A stretch of DNA of 64,000 bases from positions 22,196,001-22,260,000 of the forward strand of contig NC_135906.1 in the NCBI RefSeq assembly GCF_964194155.1, read 5' to 3'. Positions 1 through 9,640 of the stretch are shown piece by piece. A program made the translations under genes and the position numbers. Under the pieces are notes generated by a model that saw nothing but the letters and a program-made list of their open reading frames with translations, was not told where the DNA came from and did not search any database. Numbering within the stretch: position 1 is the first letter of the stretch; the number at the start of each line of letters is the position of its first letter. The stretch comes from Cetorhinus maximus. Taxonomy: Eukaryota.

Positions 1-437
1 GACTCCATATTCCCAGATATCACTGGAAGAGAACAGAATCAGGGAATCTAATATCCCATCCCATTTGAAAAAGTGCTAGCACGGCTATAAATAAGAGATG
101 GTTACTTGGGGGAGAAAGCACTGGAGCATAACTCTCTCCTCCTGAAGAGGCTGAACCAAGTTGGGGCATTTTTCTTTTTAATTCTTTCACAGGATGTGGG
201 GCGTCTCTGGCTAGGCCAGCATTTGTTGCTCATCCCTAATTGCCCTCGAGAAGGTGGTGAGAGTTGTTCATGGAACTGTCCACCAGTAGAGGGAAGATTG
301 GGGAGGGAGGGGAAAAAGACTTTGTAGGTATGCAGATGACTTCAAACCAAGCTGTGCGTGCATTCCAGTAAGCCAGGTCATCATTACCATTGCACAACTC
401 CCTAAGCCACATCATATTTCACTGCAACACCACTCAC

Positions 438-554
438 TATAATCTTGTCCAAGGCCAAGGCTGTGTTTATCCGAAGACTTGTGAGGTTTACGTCCAAAGT
501 CCCGTTAGTGTAGAAGCCAAAGGTATTCAAATGGACCCTTGATCTCGTGTCGCC
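438..554 (-). CDS. GPR108: Coding exon 2 of a GPR107/GPR108 (LUSTR/GOST 7TM) family gene; gene continues left of the window
   Basis: Minus strand reads ttttag|GGC GAC ACG...ATT ATA|gtgagt; 117 nt, phase 0-0. Translates GDTRSRVHLNTFGFYTNGTLDVNLTSLRINTALALDKII, resembling GPR108 (NSFGFYTNGSL) and GPR107 (VHLNTFGF). Symbol chosen from the YTNG motif and the TRIP10-like neighbour. Confidence 0.85.
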
Positions 555-699
555 CTAAAACAAATGAAAATTAGGTTAAAGAGAGAGACATGCAACATTA
601 CAAATCATAGCTTTTTGAACTGGGATCCCAAAGCCTAGGTGCCTCAGCAAGACAATGAAGAAATTCACAAGTCATTTCCACAAATGCCCCGACATGGAT

Positions 700-1110
700 C
701 ATCCCCTTCAGGAGCGAGTTTAGAAGAATGAGGGGCGATTTCATTTAAATGTATATAAAATTCTGAAGGAACTTCACAGAATGGATGCCAAGCAGCTCGT
801 TCCCTTGGATGGAGAATCTAGGACTAGGGGGCACAGGCTCAGAATAAGGGATCGGTCATTTAGGATTGAGACGAGGAGAAATTCCTTTGCCTAGAAGGCT
901 GTGAATCTTTACAACTAAATTCCAGAGAGCTGTAGATACCCGGTTGTTATACGTATTTTAAAAACTAATATCGATAAACATTGGACACTTAAGTTAATCA
1001 AGGGATTATGGGGATAGGGCAGGGAAATGGGTTTGAGATAGAAGATGAGCCATGGTCTTATTGAATGGTGGAGCAGACTCTTAGGGCTATATGGCCTACT
1101 CCTGCTACCT
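700..1110 (+). mobile_element. CR1 LINE 3' fragment
   Basis: gagtttagaagaatgaggggcgat...gaatggtggagcagactc...cctactcctgct, the same tail as the CR1 copy ending near 43500. Confidence 0.75.
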
Positions 1111-2169
1111 TTTCCCCCCCAAGTTCTATCAGGTTTCTGTACTTATTGACTTTATAGTGCATTATTCCTGTTGTCGTTAACAGTTTAGGCATGTCTTCAA
1201 TTACGATAGCGTGACTTCCTCGAGAGCAGAGGACATGTCTTTCAGACTGAGCGCTCCCAACATGTTTGCAGAAAATTCACCACACAGTGAAGTTTGAAAA
1301 TCCCTGCTGTATTACACAGAATTTGACAGCATAGAAACAAAAGAACACAATAAATAGGTTCCACTATCAGGTCACATGAACCTCACACTGGGCTTACCAC
1401 ATCACATCATTACAAAAGAAGTGTTTGAACAAGAGCTAAGGTTGGGATTGCATCTAGGATAAACGGCAACACGCATTCATCTAGCACCCTTGATGTTATA
1501 AGAGGTGTTCGACTGTAGCACTACCAAATTTAACACCAAACCGCACCAGGAGATATCGGCCTGGATTTTGCTGCACTGTTAACGGGGTGGCTATTAGTGT
1601 TTGCCATTATTTCAGGGTAAATCTGACAGAAATTTCCCACGTTCGCATATGTGTGGATAAACACAGAAATCCAGAATTTGCTATCAGAGATACTCTGCCT
1701 TCCACAGGGTGCCCTTGGCACCGAAGTGAATACAATGGTGTGAACTTAGGTACTTACCTCTTAGTTCCACACTAAAATGGCTGAAAAAGACAGAGCAAGT
1801 GAGCTTTTAAATGGCACATGAAGTAATAATTAGTGAACAACTTCTGTGACCCTGAAAAATTAAATTTACAAGTGTGGAGTGTCATTCTCTCAGAAGAAAA
1901 TTAACATTGAAGATTTATTTTTAAAGTTGCAATAATTTTACAAGTTTTTTTCCCCTATGTTTCTTCTTTCTCTGTCCTTTAATCCTGTAGTTCCCTTTCT
2001 GTACATGATTTTAAACTAATTTATATTCCCTGCTTTATACTCCCTGGTTAGGACTCTGCATGTCTCAGTGAGGGTTCTCCAACCTGATTGGGTGAAGATG
2101 CTTGCTCTTCCTTGCCCGGCTCACAGCTGCCCATAGAGGATGTTGCACAGGATCAGGCACCATATCAGC

Positions 2170-2620
2170 TGATAGGTTTTCAGAAGCATCTTAAACAAGG
2201 GGAGAAAGGTGGAGGTGAAGGGAGGGAATTCCAGAACTTAGGGTCTAGGCAGCTGAAGGGACAGCCGCCATTGATTGAGCCATTAAACTTGGGGATGCGC
2301 AAGAGGCCAGAATTGGAGAAGTGCCGAAATTGCAGAGGACTGTACGCCTGAAGGGAGTTACAGAGATAGGGAAAGAATGGGGCACCGGAGGGATTTGAAA
2401 AGCAGGATGAGAATTTTTAAAATGGAGCAAAGCCGGACGGGGCACCGGAGGGATTTGAAAAGCAGGATGAGAATTTTTAAAATGGAGCAATGCCGGACCA
2501 GGACCCAAAGCGAGCACAAAGGTGGTAAGCGAACACAGGATACAAGCAGCAGTGTTATGGATGAGATCAAGTTAATGCCAGAAAGCGGCAGGAAGAACAT
2601 CAAAAGGGCATTTGGTAGAA
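2170..2620 (-). mobile_element. L2-type LINE 3' fragment containing a 60-bp tandem duplication
   Basis: Reverse complement of the L2 tail seen at 3230-3620 (gggagggaattccaga...ggatttgaaa...gagaattttaaa). Confidence 0.65.
2379..2498. repeat. 60-bp tandem duplication (59/60 identical)
   Basis: ggggcaccggagggatttgaaaagcaggatgagaatttttaaaatggagcaa[a/t]gccggac occurs twice in tandem. Confidence 0.95.
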
Positions 2621-2819
2621 AGGAAGTTGTCCCTCACTGCACTTAGCATGCTGGGCTAATGGATTCCCACTTCTCCTGTAATTATTTTGTATCCAGATGT
2701 TAAGCGAGGGCAGTACTGGCCTTGGCTACAAGGCCCCTACACTCAAATAGTCTGCCAACACATCATCCAGGTTCATGATGATGAATGGCCTTGGTGTTAT
2801 ACTGACTGCAAGATAAACT

Positions 2820-3620
2820 TCCTGCCACGTACCCGCAACGTCACTAAAACCACCATCACACCACCTGACCCCATCTTCCCCTCAGCTTATCTGCTGCTGA
2901 AAACCTCACCCATGCCTTTTTTACTTCAAGGCTTGACTATTCCAATGCAGTCCACAGCAGCCTCCCTAATTCTACCCTTCCAAAACTTGAGGTCATTCAA
3001 AACTCTGCAGTCCGTGTTCTAACTTGCACCAAGTCCTGTTCGAAACCTTGGCACCTAGTTAAGCAATGCCTTGATTTTAAACAAAAAAAGATTACAGATG
3101 CTGGAAATCTGAAATTAAAAAGAAACAGAAAATGATGGAAATACTCAAAGTCCATAGGCCTGAATCGTTGATTCTGTTTCTCTCTCCACAGATGCTAGCT
3201 GACGAGCATTTCCTGCATTTTCTGCCTTGATTTTAAAATTCTCTCTTCCTCTTTTTCCAATCCTTCCATGGCCCTACTCCTCCCCAACGGTCATCTCCTC
3301 CCGCCTCAACCTCCAAATTATCAGCATTCAACCAATTCTGGCCTCTTGCACATCCCTTATTTTAAACCGCTCCACCATTGGTGGCTGTGCCCTCCGTTAT
3401 TTGAGCTCCAAGCAGTGGAATTCCCTCCCTGAACCTCTCCACCTCCCTTTCTTCCTCAAAGACGTTCCTCAAAACCCACCTCTTCGACCAGGTCTGCAGT
3501 CATTTCCCTAATTGCTCCTTACTTGGCTGAGTGTCAAATTCTGTTTTATAATCACATTTTATAAAGCACCTAGAGATGTTGTACTAACATTAACGGTGCT
3601 ATTTAAATGCAGACTGTTGT
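2820..3620 (+). mobile_element. L2-type LINE 3' end, interrupted by a Penelope-type insert at 3082-3222
   Basis: Degenerate L2 RT C-terminal coding (SAAE-L-HAF-TSRLDYSNA-like at about 2885-2950) and typical tail aacggtgctatttaaatgcag. Confidence 0.7.
3082..3222. mobile_element. Short Penelope-derived inverted-arm element with 15-bp target-site duplication
   Basis: Flanked by tgccttgattttaaa at 3067-3081 and 3223-3237; internal gatgctggaaatctgaaa...cagaaaatg motif shared with other copies. Confidence 0.7.
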
Positions 3621-4995
3621 CATTGTCCAATGTTTGTCCCAACAGTCAGAATGAACCCAATGATATGCAAATGATGCAGCACCAATTGCTCAGCTAGAAA
3701 CAAACAAGAGGCCTTTTAGCCCTTCAAATCTGTTCTTCAGATAATCAAAACTTGCTTAAAAGGGTGATCATGGCTGATTTGTGACCCAACTCCATATACT
3801 CACCTTTGCCCCTTAATACCTTTGGTGGAGGTGTCAGCTGTGGCTCAGTCCATAGCACCCTCGCCTTTGAATCAGAGGGTTGTGGGTTCATGTCCCACTC
3901 CCGGAAACCAAGAACTGTGATTGTACTTGAAAGAGTTGCAATCTGTGACTGTTGATAACTCGAAAGAGTTTAATACCTTTGGTTAACAACAATCTAGCAA
4001 TCCCAGGTTGAAAATTATACTTGTTGTACAGTGTTGAAACTTGGAAATTAAGAAAAACAGAGAGACTAGCAAGCTGTTCTTGATTTTAAGCAAAATGCAG
4101 AACACTGCAAATGGTGGAAATCTGAAATTTAAAAAAAAAACACAGAAAATGTTGGAAAAACTCAAAGATTATTGACCCAAATCATCAACTCTGTTCTCTC
4201 TCTCCACAAATGATGCCTGGCCTGCTTAGTATTTCAGCAAGTCAGAGTGCATTTCTGTAGAAGGATGGAGCGGGTTAGTTGGAGAGAACACAGGAGCAAT
4301 GAAGCGGTTCTCAGGATGGCGGAGGAGGAAAGGGCGTTAGGGAATACCATCAAGAATAATGCAACAAGGTTGGGATGACCATATTCTAAAGGCGCAAGGA
4401 GTGGCTGAAGGAATGTTAAGAGGGGTGTACACCAAGGTGGGGGGGGGGAAGAAACTGATGATGTCAGAAAACCTGAAATTGAACAAAAACCTGAAATTGA
4501 ACAATCAAAATCTACAAGGACATGGAGAAACCCGCAAGACCACGAAGCTTGCAGAACTGAGCAGAGGCACTGCCCAGAGGTGGGTCACCATCACCAGCTG
4601 CAATGTAAATAAATAATATAGCCTCCAAAGTCCTGATTACAATAGCAGAGTGGGGGGACATCACAGGTACAGGTGACATGGCAGTTTTGCCACTTGATGA
4701 ATGTGGGAAGAGTGTGGTGGCATCATGGCATAGGGTGTTTGCTCCTTCCTCCACCCACTCCCCCCATATTGCCATAGGATTAGTGACCCACAGACTTGAG
4801 GGCCCCTGAAAATAGCCCCCAAACTAATAGGGGAACTTTTTAAACCAACACTAGGGGGGACAAGGGAAAACACTTTAAACCCCAAGGCACTGGGGCCAAT
4901 AGGAGGCCTCCAGGGCCAGTGAGGGGCCAGTGAAAGCCACCAACTGCACTGACACCTATCCAAGGCGGCACACCCGACTCCCAAAGGCCACTTAC

Positions 4996-5088
4996 CTTGA
5001 GTGTGAGGCGGTGGAACCGCGCAGTCACCCCGACCAGGAGCAGGAGCACCAGGAACAAACTCTCAGCTCCTCTCCCTGCCATCATCAT
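4996..5088 (-). CDS. GPR108: Coding exon 1 (signal peptide) of the GPR107/GPR108-family gene
   Basis: MMMAGRGAESLFLVLLLLVGVTARFHRLTLK followed by AAG|gtaagt donor. Hydrophobic signal peptide, then RFHRLTLK resembling RIHQLALT/RVHHLALK of GPR108/GPR107. Phase 0 joins exon 438-554 in frame. Confidence 0.85.
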
Positions 5089-5443
5089 CACCACAACCGG
5101 AAGCCGCTGCAGGCCGCCTGTGACCGACAGCTGGGCGCGCCAATCGGCGGCGCGGCTTGCAGATGATCGACGTTCCGGCAGGACCAATAGCATCCCCGCG
5201 TTTTGTACACGACTTACACAGACCGGCCAATCCGAAAGGAGGATTGCGGGTTTAGTCCCGCCTTAAAGTGGGCGGGACCCCCCGCTGCCCAGATAGCCTG
5301 AGGAGAAAATTAAGCTTTTTAAAAGGCACTAAACAAGCAAATTAAACCTTTTATTTTATTATACGTTACGAAATAACTATTAATGCAAACAAATTAAATC
5401 TTGAAATGAAATTTACAAGCGAGAAAAACATACATTGGAAGAA

Positions 5444-5456
5444 ACTACAATTCCCA
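5444..5456 (+). promoter_or_regulatory. ZNF143/THAP11-type motif ACTACAATTCCCA
   Basis: Exact match to the ACTACAnnTCCCA element typical of bidirectional housekeeping promoters. Confidence 0.7.
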
Positions 5457-5632
5457 AAATTCATTAAGCGCCAGTTCTTCAACAACATGAATTTACTTTT
5501 TTATTTATTCCAACTAAATTTCACGTTTAATTCATGCATTAAGATGGTTAAACAGGTTACAGTTGGAATGCATACCATTTAGAAATTAATAATTTTAGGG
5601 TATTTAAAAACAATACACTGGGAGTCTGTAAA

Positions 5633-5652
5633 ACTACAACTCCCAGAATGCA
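5633..5652 (+). promoter_or_regulatory. ZNF143/Staf site ACTACAACTCCCAGAATGCA
   Basis: ACTACA accessory motif plus TCCCAGAATGCA Staf core. Confidence 0.75.
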
Positions 5653-5786
5653 GTACGTGAAAGTAGACTATTTTTAAAATTTGCCCATTTTTTAAAATCC
5701 TAAATATTACGCAAGGAAGAAAGAGGAAGAAGAGAGATATTAAAGGGTGAAATAATAAAGTTTTTAAAATCCGTTACCCCTGGAAA

Positions 5787-5812
5787 CGGAAGTCGTGCTG
5801 GAACGACTTCCG
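5787..5812. promoter_or_regulatory. Pair of inverted ETS/GABP sites forming a 10-bp perfect inverted repeat
   Basis: CGGAAGTCGT-gctgga-ACGACTTCCG; each arm contains a CGGAAGT ETS core. Confidence 0.65.
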
Positions 5813-6080
5813 GTGGTGATGGTGCGGCTTGTGGAGCGAAAATAGATGGTAAAAGATTGGGGGGGGCGATGGGTAACTGGTTCCATTCAGTGGGAATGGG
5901 TTTTGGAGGTATTCTGAGGGTTGTTGCTGAATCTCCTCACCCACCCTCCCACTTTGATGTCCCCTCAAGGCGCTCACCCTGGAGCTGGTGGGGGTCCCTC
6001 AGCTAGGCCGGTTAGCCCCTTTGTGTGGGCAGGGGAGGGAGGAAGGTGAGTGAGTGAGTGTTGCAAGATATGTGTGTCCA

Positions 6081-7790
6081 CCCCTCCCCACCTCTGTGAC
6101 TCTCCCTCTCCCTCCTCCCCTTCCGTCCTCCCTCTCCCTCCTCCCCTCCCTCCCTCTCCCTCCTCCCCTCCCTCCCTCTCCCTCCTCCCCTCCCTCCCTC
6201 TCCCTCCTCCCCTCCCTCCCTCTCCCTCCTCCTCCCTCCCTCCCTCTCCCTCCTCCCCTCCCTCCCTCTCCCTCCTCCCCTCCCTCCCTCTCCCTCCTCC
6301 CCTCCCTCCCTCTCCCTCCTCCCCTCCCTCCCTCTCCCTCCTCCCCTCCCTCCCTCTCCCTCCTCCCCTCCCTCCCTCTCCCTCCTCCCCTCCCTCCCCT
6401 CTCCCTCCTCCCCTCCCTCACATCCCTCCTCCCTCTCCCTCCTCCCCTCCCTCCCTCTCCCTCCTCCCCTCCCTCCCTCTCCCTCCTCCCCTCCCTCCCT
6501 CTCCCTCCTCCCCTCCCTCCCTCTCCCTCCTCCCCTCCCTCCCTCTCCCTCCTCCCCTCCCTCCCTCTCCCTCCTCCCCTCCCTCCCTCTCCCTCCTCCC
6601 CTCCCTCCCTCTCCCTCCTCCCCTCCCTCCCTCTCCCTCCTCCCCTCCCTCCCTCTCCCTTCCCCTCCCTCCCTCCCTCTCCCTCCTCCCCTCCCTCCCT
6701 CTCCCTCCTCCCCTCCCTCCCTCTCCCTCCTCCCCTCCCTCCCTCTCCCTCCTCCCCTCCCTCCCTCTCCCTCCTCCCCTCCCTCCCTCTCCCTCCTCCC
6801 CTCCCTCCCTCTCCCTCCTCCCCTCCCTCCCTCTCCCTCCTCCCCTCCCTCCCTCTCCCTCCTCCCCTCCCTCCCTCTCCCTCCTCCCCTCCCTCCCTCT
6901 CCCTCCTCCCCTCCCTCCCTCTCCCTCCTCCCCTCCCTCCCTCTCCCTCCTCCCCTCCCTCCCTCTCCCTCCTCCCCTCCCTCCCTCTCCCTCCTCCCCT
7001 CCCTCCCTCTCCCTCCTCCCCTCCCTCCCTCTCCCTCCTCCCCTCCCTCCCTCTCCCTCCTCCCCTCCCTCCCTCTCCCTCCTCCCCTCCCTCCCTCTCC
7101 CTCCTCCCTCTCCCTCTCCCTCCTCCCTCTCCCTCCTCCCCTCCCTCCCTCTCCCTCCTCCCCTCCCTCCCTCTCCCTCCTCCCCTCCCTCCCTCCCTCT
7201 CCCTCCTCCCCTCCCTCCCTCTCCCTCCTCCCCTCCCTCCCTCTCCCTCCTCCCCTCCCTCCCTCTCCCTCCTCCCCTCCCTCCCTCTCCCTCCTCCCCT
7301 CCCTCCCTCTCCCTCCTCCCCTCCCTCCCCCTCCTCCCCTCCCTCCCTCTCCCTCCTCCCCTCCCTCCCTCTCCCTCCTCCCCTCCCTCCCTCTCCCTCC
7401 TCCCCTCCCTCCCTCTCCCTCCTCCCCTCCCTCCCTCTCCCTCCTCCCCTCCCTCCCTCTCCCTCCTCCCTTCCCTCTCCCTCCTCCCTTCCCTCTCCCT
7501 CCTCCCTTCCCTCTCCCTCCTCCCTTCCCTCTCCCTCCTCCCTTCCCTCTCCCTCCTCCCTTCCCTCTCCCTCCTCCCTCCTCCCCTCCCTCTCCCTCCT
7601 CCCCTCCCTCCCCTCCTCCCCTCCCTCCCTCCCCTCCTCCTCCCCCTCCCCCCCTCCTCCCTCCCCCCTCTCCCTCCCCCCCTCCGCCCCTCCCCCCTCC
7701 TGCCCACCCCCCCAGCTCCCGCCTGCCCACCACCCCAACCTCTCCACCCACCCCTCCTCTCCTCCTCCCCTCCCCTCCCCTACCTTCGCC
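6081..7790. repeat. ~1.7-kb polypyrimidine minisatellite (22-nt unit CTCCCTCTCCCTCCTCCCCTCC; 18-nt variant near 7470-7575)
   Basis: Almost exclusively C/T on the plus strand. The 22-aa periodicity of the spurious ORFs reflects 3 x 22-nt units. Confidence 0.95.
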
Positions 7791-8120
7791 CTCCTATCAG
7801 CCCATACATGGATCTACCACTTACTCCACTGAAGTCTTCTCTTCAAGTCAGAATGTAGCCAATTTCTCTTATTAATTATCACAGAGGAGCTATCAGTATG
7901 TTTTAACATCTGATATTTTTGCCTTTTTTTTCCAGGATGGCAAGATCATATTTAATTCCTTCCTTAATCTCTAAACTAAATGTTCACCATATTTTGGTTC
8001 TGGAATCCTATCGGATTAAATCCTGTTCGGTTTCAATAGATCAATTTTATGTGGATTTGGCACATGCCAACCTTGTTTGGAGAAATTGCCTTTTTTAAAA
8101 AAAAACTTCTAATACCAGTT

Positions 8121-8320
8121 NNNNNNNNNNNNNNNNNNNNNNNNNNNNNNNNNNNNNNNNNNNNNNNNNNNNNNNNNNNNNNNNNNNNNNNNNNNNNNNN
8201 NNNNNNNNNNNNNNNNNNNNNNNNNNNNNNNNNNNNNNNNNNNNNNNNNNNNNNNNNNNNNNNNNNNNNNNNNNNNNNNNNNNNNNNNNNNNNNNNNNNN
8301 NNNNNNNNNNNNNNNNNNNN
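8121..8320. other. Assembly gap (200 N) hiding most of DR1-like coding exon 1
   Basis: Run of exactly 200 N, immediately followed by the 3' end of DR1 exon 1. Confidence 0.9.
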
Positions 8321-8338
8321 CAGAACATATCATGCAAG
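8321..8338 (+). CDS. DR1: 3' end of DR1-like coding exon 1 (5' part lies in the gap)
   Basis: (C)CA GAA CAT ATC ATG CAA G|gtatgt = PEHIMQ + 1 nt, versus human DR1 PEHVIQ-A. The phase-1 donor complements the CC at the start of exon 2 to give Ala. Confidence 0.8.
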
Positions 8339-8465
8339 GTATGTGATTTAAGGAAACCATTGTGGAATTGCAGTAACGGTTTTTCCTTGCTTTCAGGTGA
8401 TAACTGACCTATGATTTTGTCTGATTATTTATGCCCCCTGATACCTCACCTGTATGTCCATTCTT

Positions 8466-8880
8466 CAGCTGTAGCTCAGTACCATAGCCTCTGAGTCAGA
8501 AGGCTGTCTACTGAAGTCACACTTCAGACACTTAATGTAGGCTGGCCCGTAGTTTGAGTACTGAGGCTAGTGCTGCACTCTGTGAGGTGCCGTCTTTCAG
8601 GTGAGGCATTAGACCAATCTAATCTGTCCTCTTGTGTGGACATAAAAGATCCCACAGCCACTATTTGCAGAAGAGTTCTTCCTTGTTTCCTGGCCAATAT
8701 TTATCCCCCAACCAATACCTGGATGGTAGAAGATCTGATTGTTTATTTCATCATGGGAGCAAACTTGTTGCTGTGTTTCCTATGTTCCAGCAATGACGAC
8801 TGAGGCTCAGAAGTGTTTCATTTGCTATAAAAACACTTTGAAATGTCATCACATGCACTGCATAACTCATATGTCTTTTT
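8466..8880 (+). mobile_element. tRNA-headed DeuSINE-type SINE (SacSINE1-like), diverged
   Basis: tRNA-like head, central gtgctgcact..gaggtgccgtctttc domain, L2-like tail. Confidence 0.65.
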
Positions 8881-9079
8881 TCCTTTGTTGCTAGATAGTA
8901 AGGTACAGGAGGCTATTGAAGTGTGACAATTTGACAAGCTTGATGATCCTAGCCAACATCCACACACACTGCTCGTTCTGGTAGGAAGCCAGGATGTGCC
9001 CCCAAGGGCACTGAGTCCAGTTATATTGCACTTACTACTGTCTTGGCTCAGATCAGCTAATAGAGACTAGGAATCCTGC

Positions 9080-9640
9080 AATGAGTAACTCACTTCCTGA
9101 CTCCCCAAAGCCTGTCACTATCTACAAGGCACAGGTCAGGAGTGTGATGGAATCCTCTCCACTTGCCTAGATGAATGCAGCTCCCACAACACTCAAAAAA
9201 AAACTTGACACTGTCCAGGACAAAGCACACTTGATTAGCACCACACCCACAAACATTCACTCCCTCCACCACCAACACACAGTAGCAGCAGTGTGTACCA
9301 TCTACAAGATACACTGCAGGAATTCACCAAGGCTCCTTAGGCAGCACCTTCCAAACCCACGACCACTACCATCTAGAAGGACAAGGGCAGCAGATACATG
9401 GGAACACCACAACCTGGAAGTTCCCCTCCAAGTCACTCACGATCCTCACTTGGAAATACATCGCCGTTCATTCACTGTTACTGGGCCAAAATCCTGGAAC
9501 TCCCTCCCTAACAGCACTGTCGGTATACCTACACCACATGGACGGTTCAAGAAGGCAGCTCACCGCCACCACCTTCACAAGGGCACCCCCAGCCCCACTG
9601 GCCTGGCCAGTGAAGCCCACATGCACTGAATGAAATTTAA
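9080..9640 (+). mobile_element. Non-LTR retrotransposon 3' end (CR1/L2-superfamily RT C-terminus)
   Basis: Encodes IYKAQVRSVME..PLA and LHHQHTVAAVCTIYK..SWNSLP. The same family occurs at 18065-18290 (+), 29620-30400 (-) and 40060-40215 (+). Confidence 0.75.

Larger units (their letters stand above)
5100..5850. promoter_or_regulatory. Bidirectional promoter between the GPR108-like (-) and DR1-like (+) genes
   Basis: Local CpG enrichment; CCAAT boxes at 5140, 5184 and 5227; GC boxes at 5256-5262 and 5270-5276; two ACTACAnnTCCCA motifs; inverted ETS sites. Confidence 0.75.

Noticed and set aside
100-170. WFSLFRR on the minus strand as a possible GPR108 exon 3 (VGFSL)
   Set aside because: No acceptor site, an early stop, and the sequence matches the 3' end of a SINE family.
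3833-3905. tRNA-like sequence with A/B boxes (also at 53750-53812 and 61209-61280)
   Set aside because: These are SINE heads; I saw no complete cloverleaf, and full copies continue into SINE body.
4840-5193. 117-aa single-exon ORF with an upstream in-frame start at 5193
   Set aside because: Only 4996-5088 resembles GPR107/108. The upstream start lies among the CCAAT boxes and the 3' part runs past a strong splice donor.
5999-7858. Five long ORFs (429-602 aa) rich in G/E/R or P/S/L
   Set aside because: Artefacts of a stop-free C/T minisatellite that is open in nearly all frames.
7937-8098. ATG after a good acceptor (ttttccag|gATGG) as the DR1 start
   Set aside because: Translates MARSYLIPS..., with no DR1 similarity, and stops before the gap.
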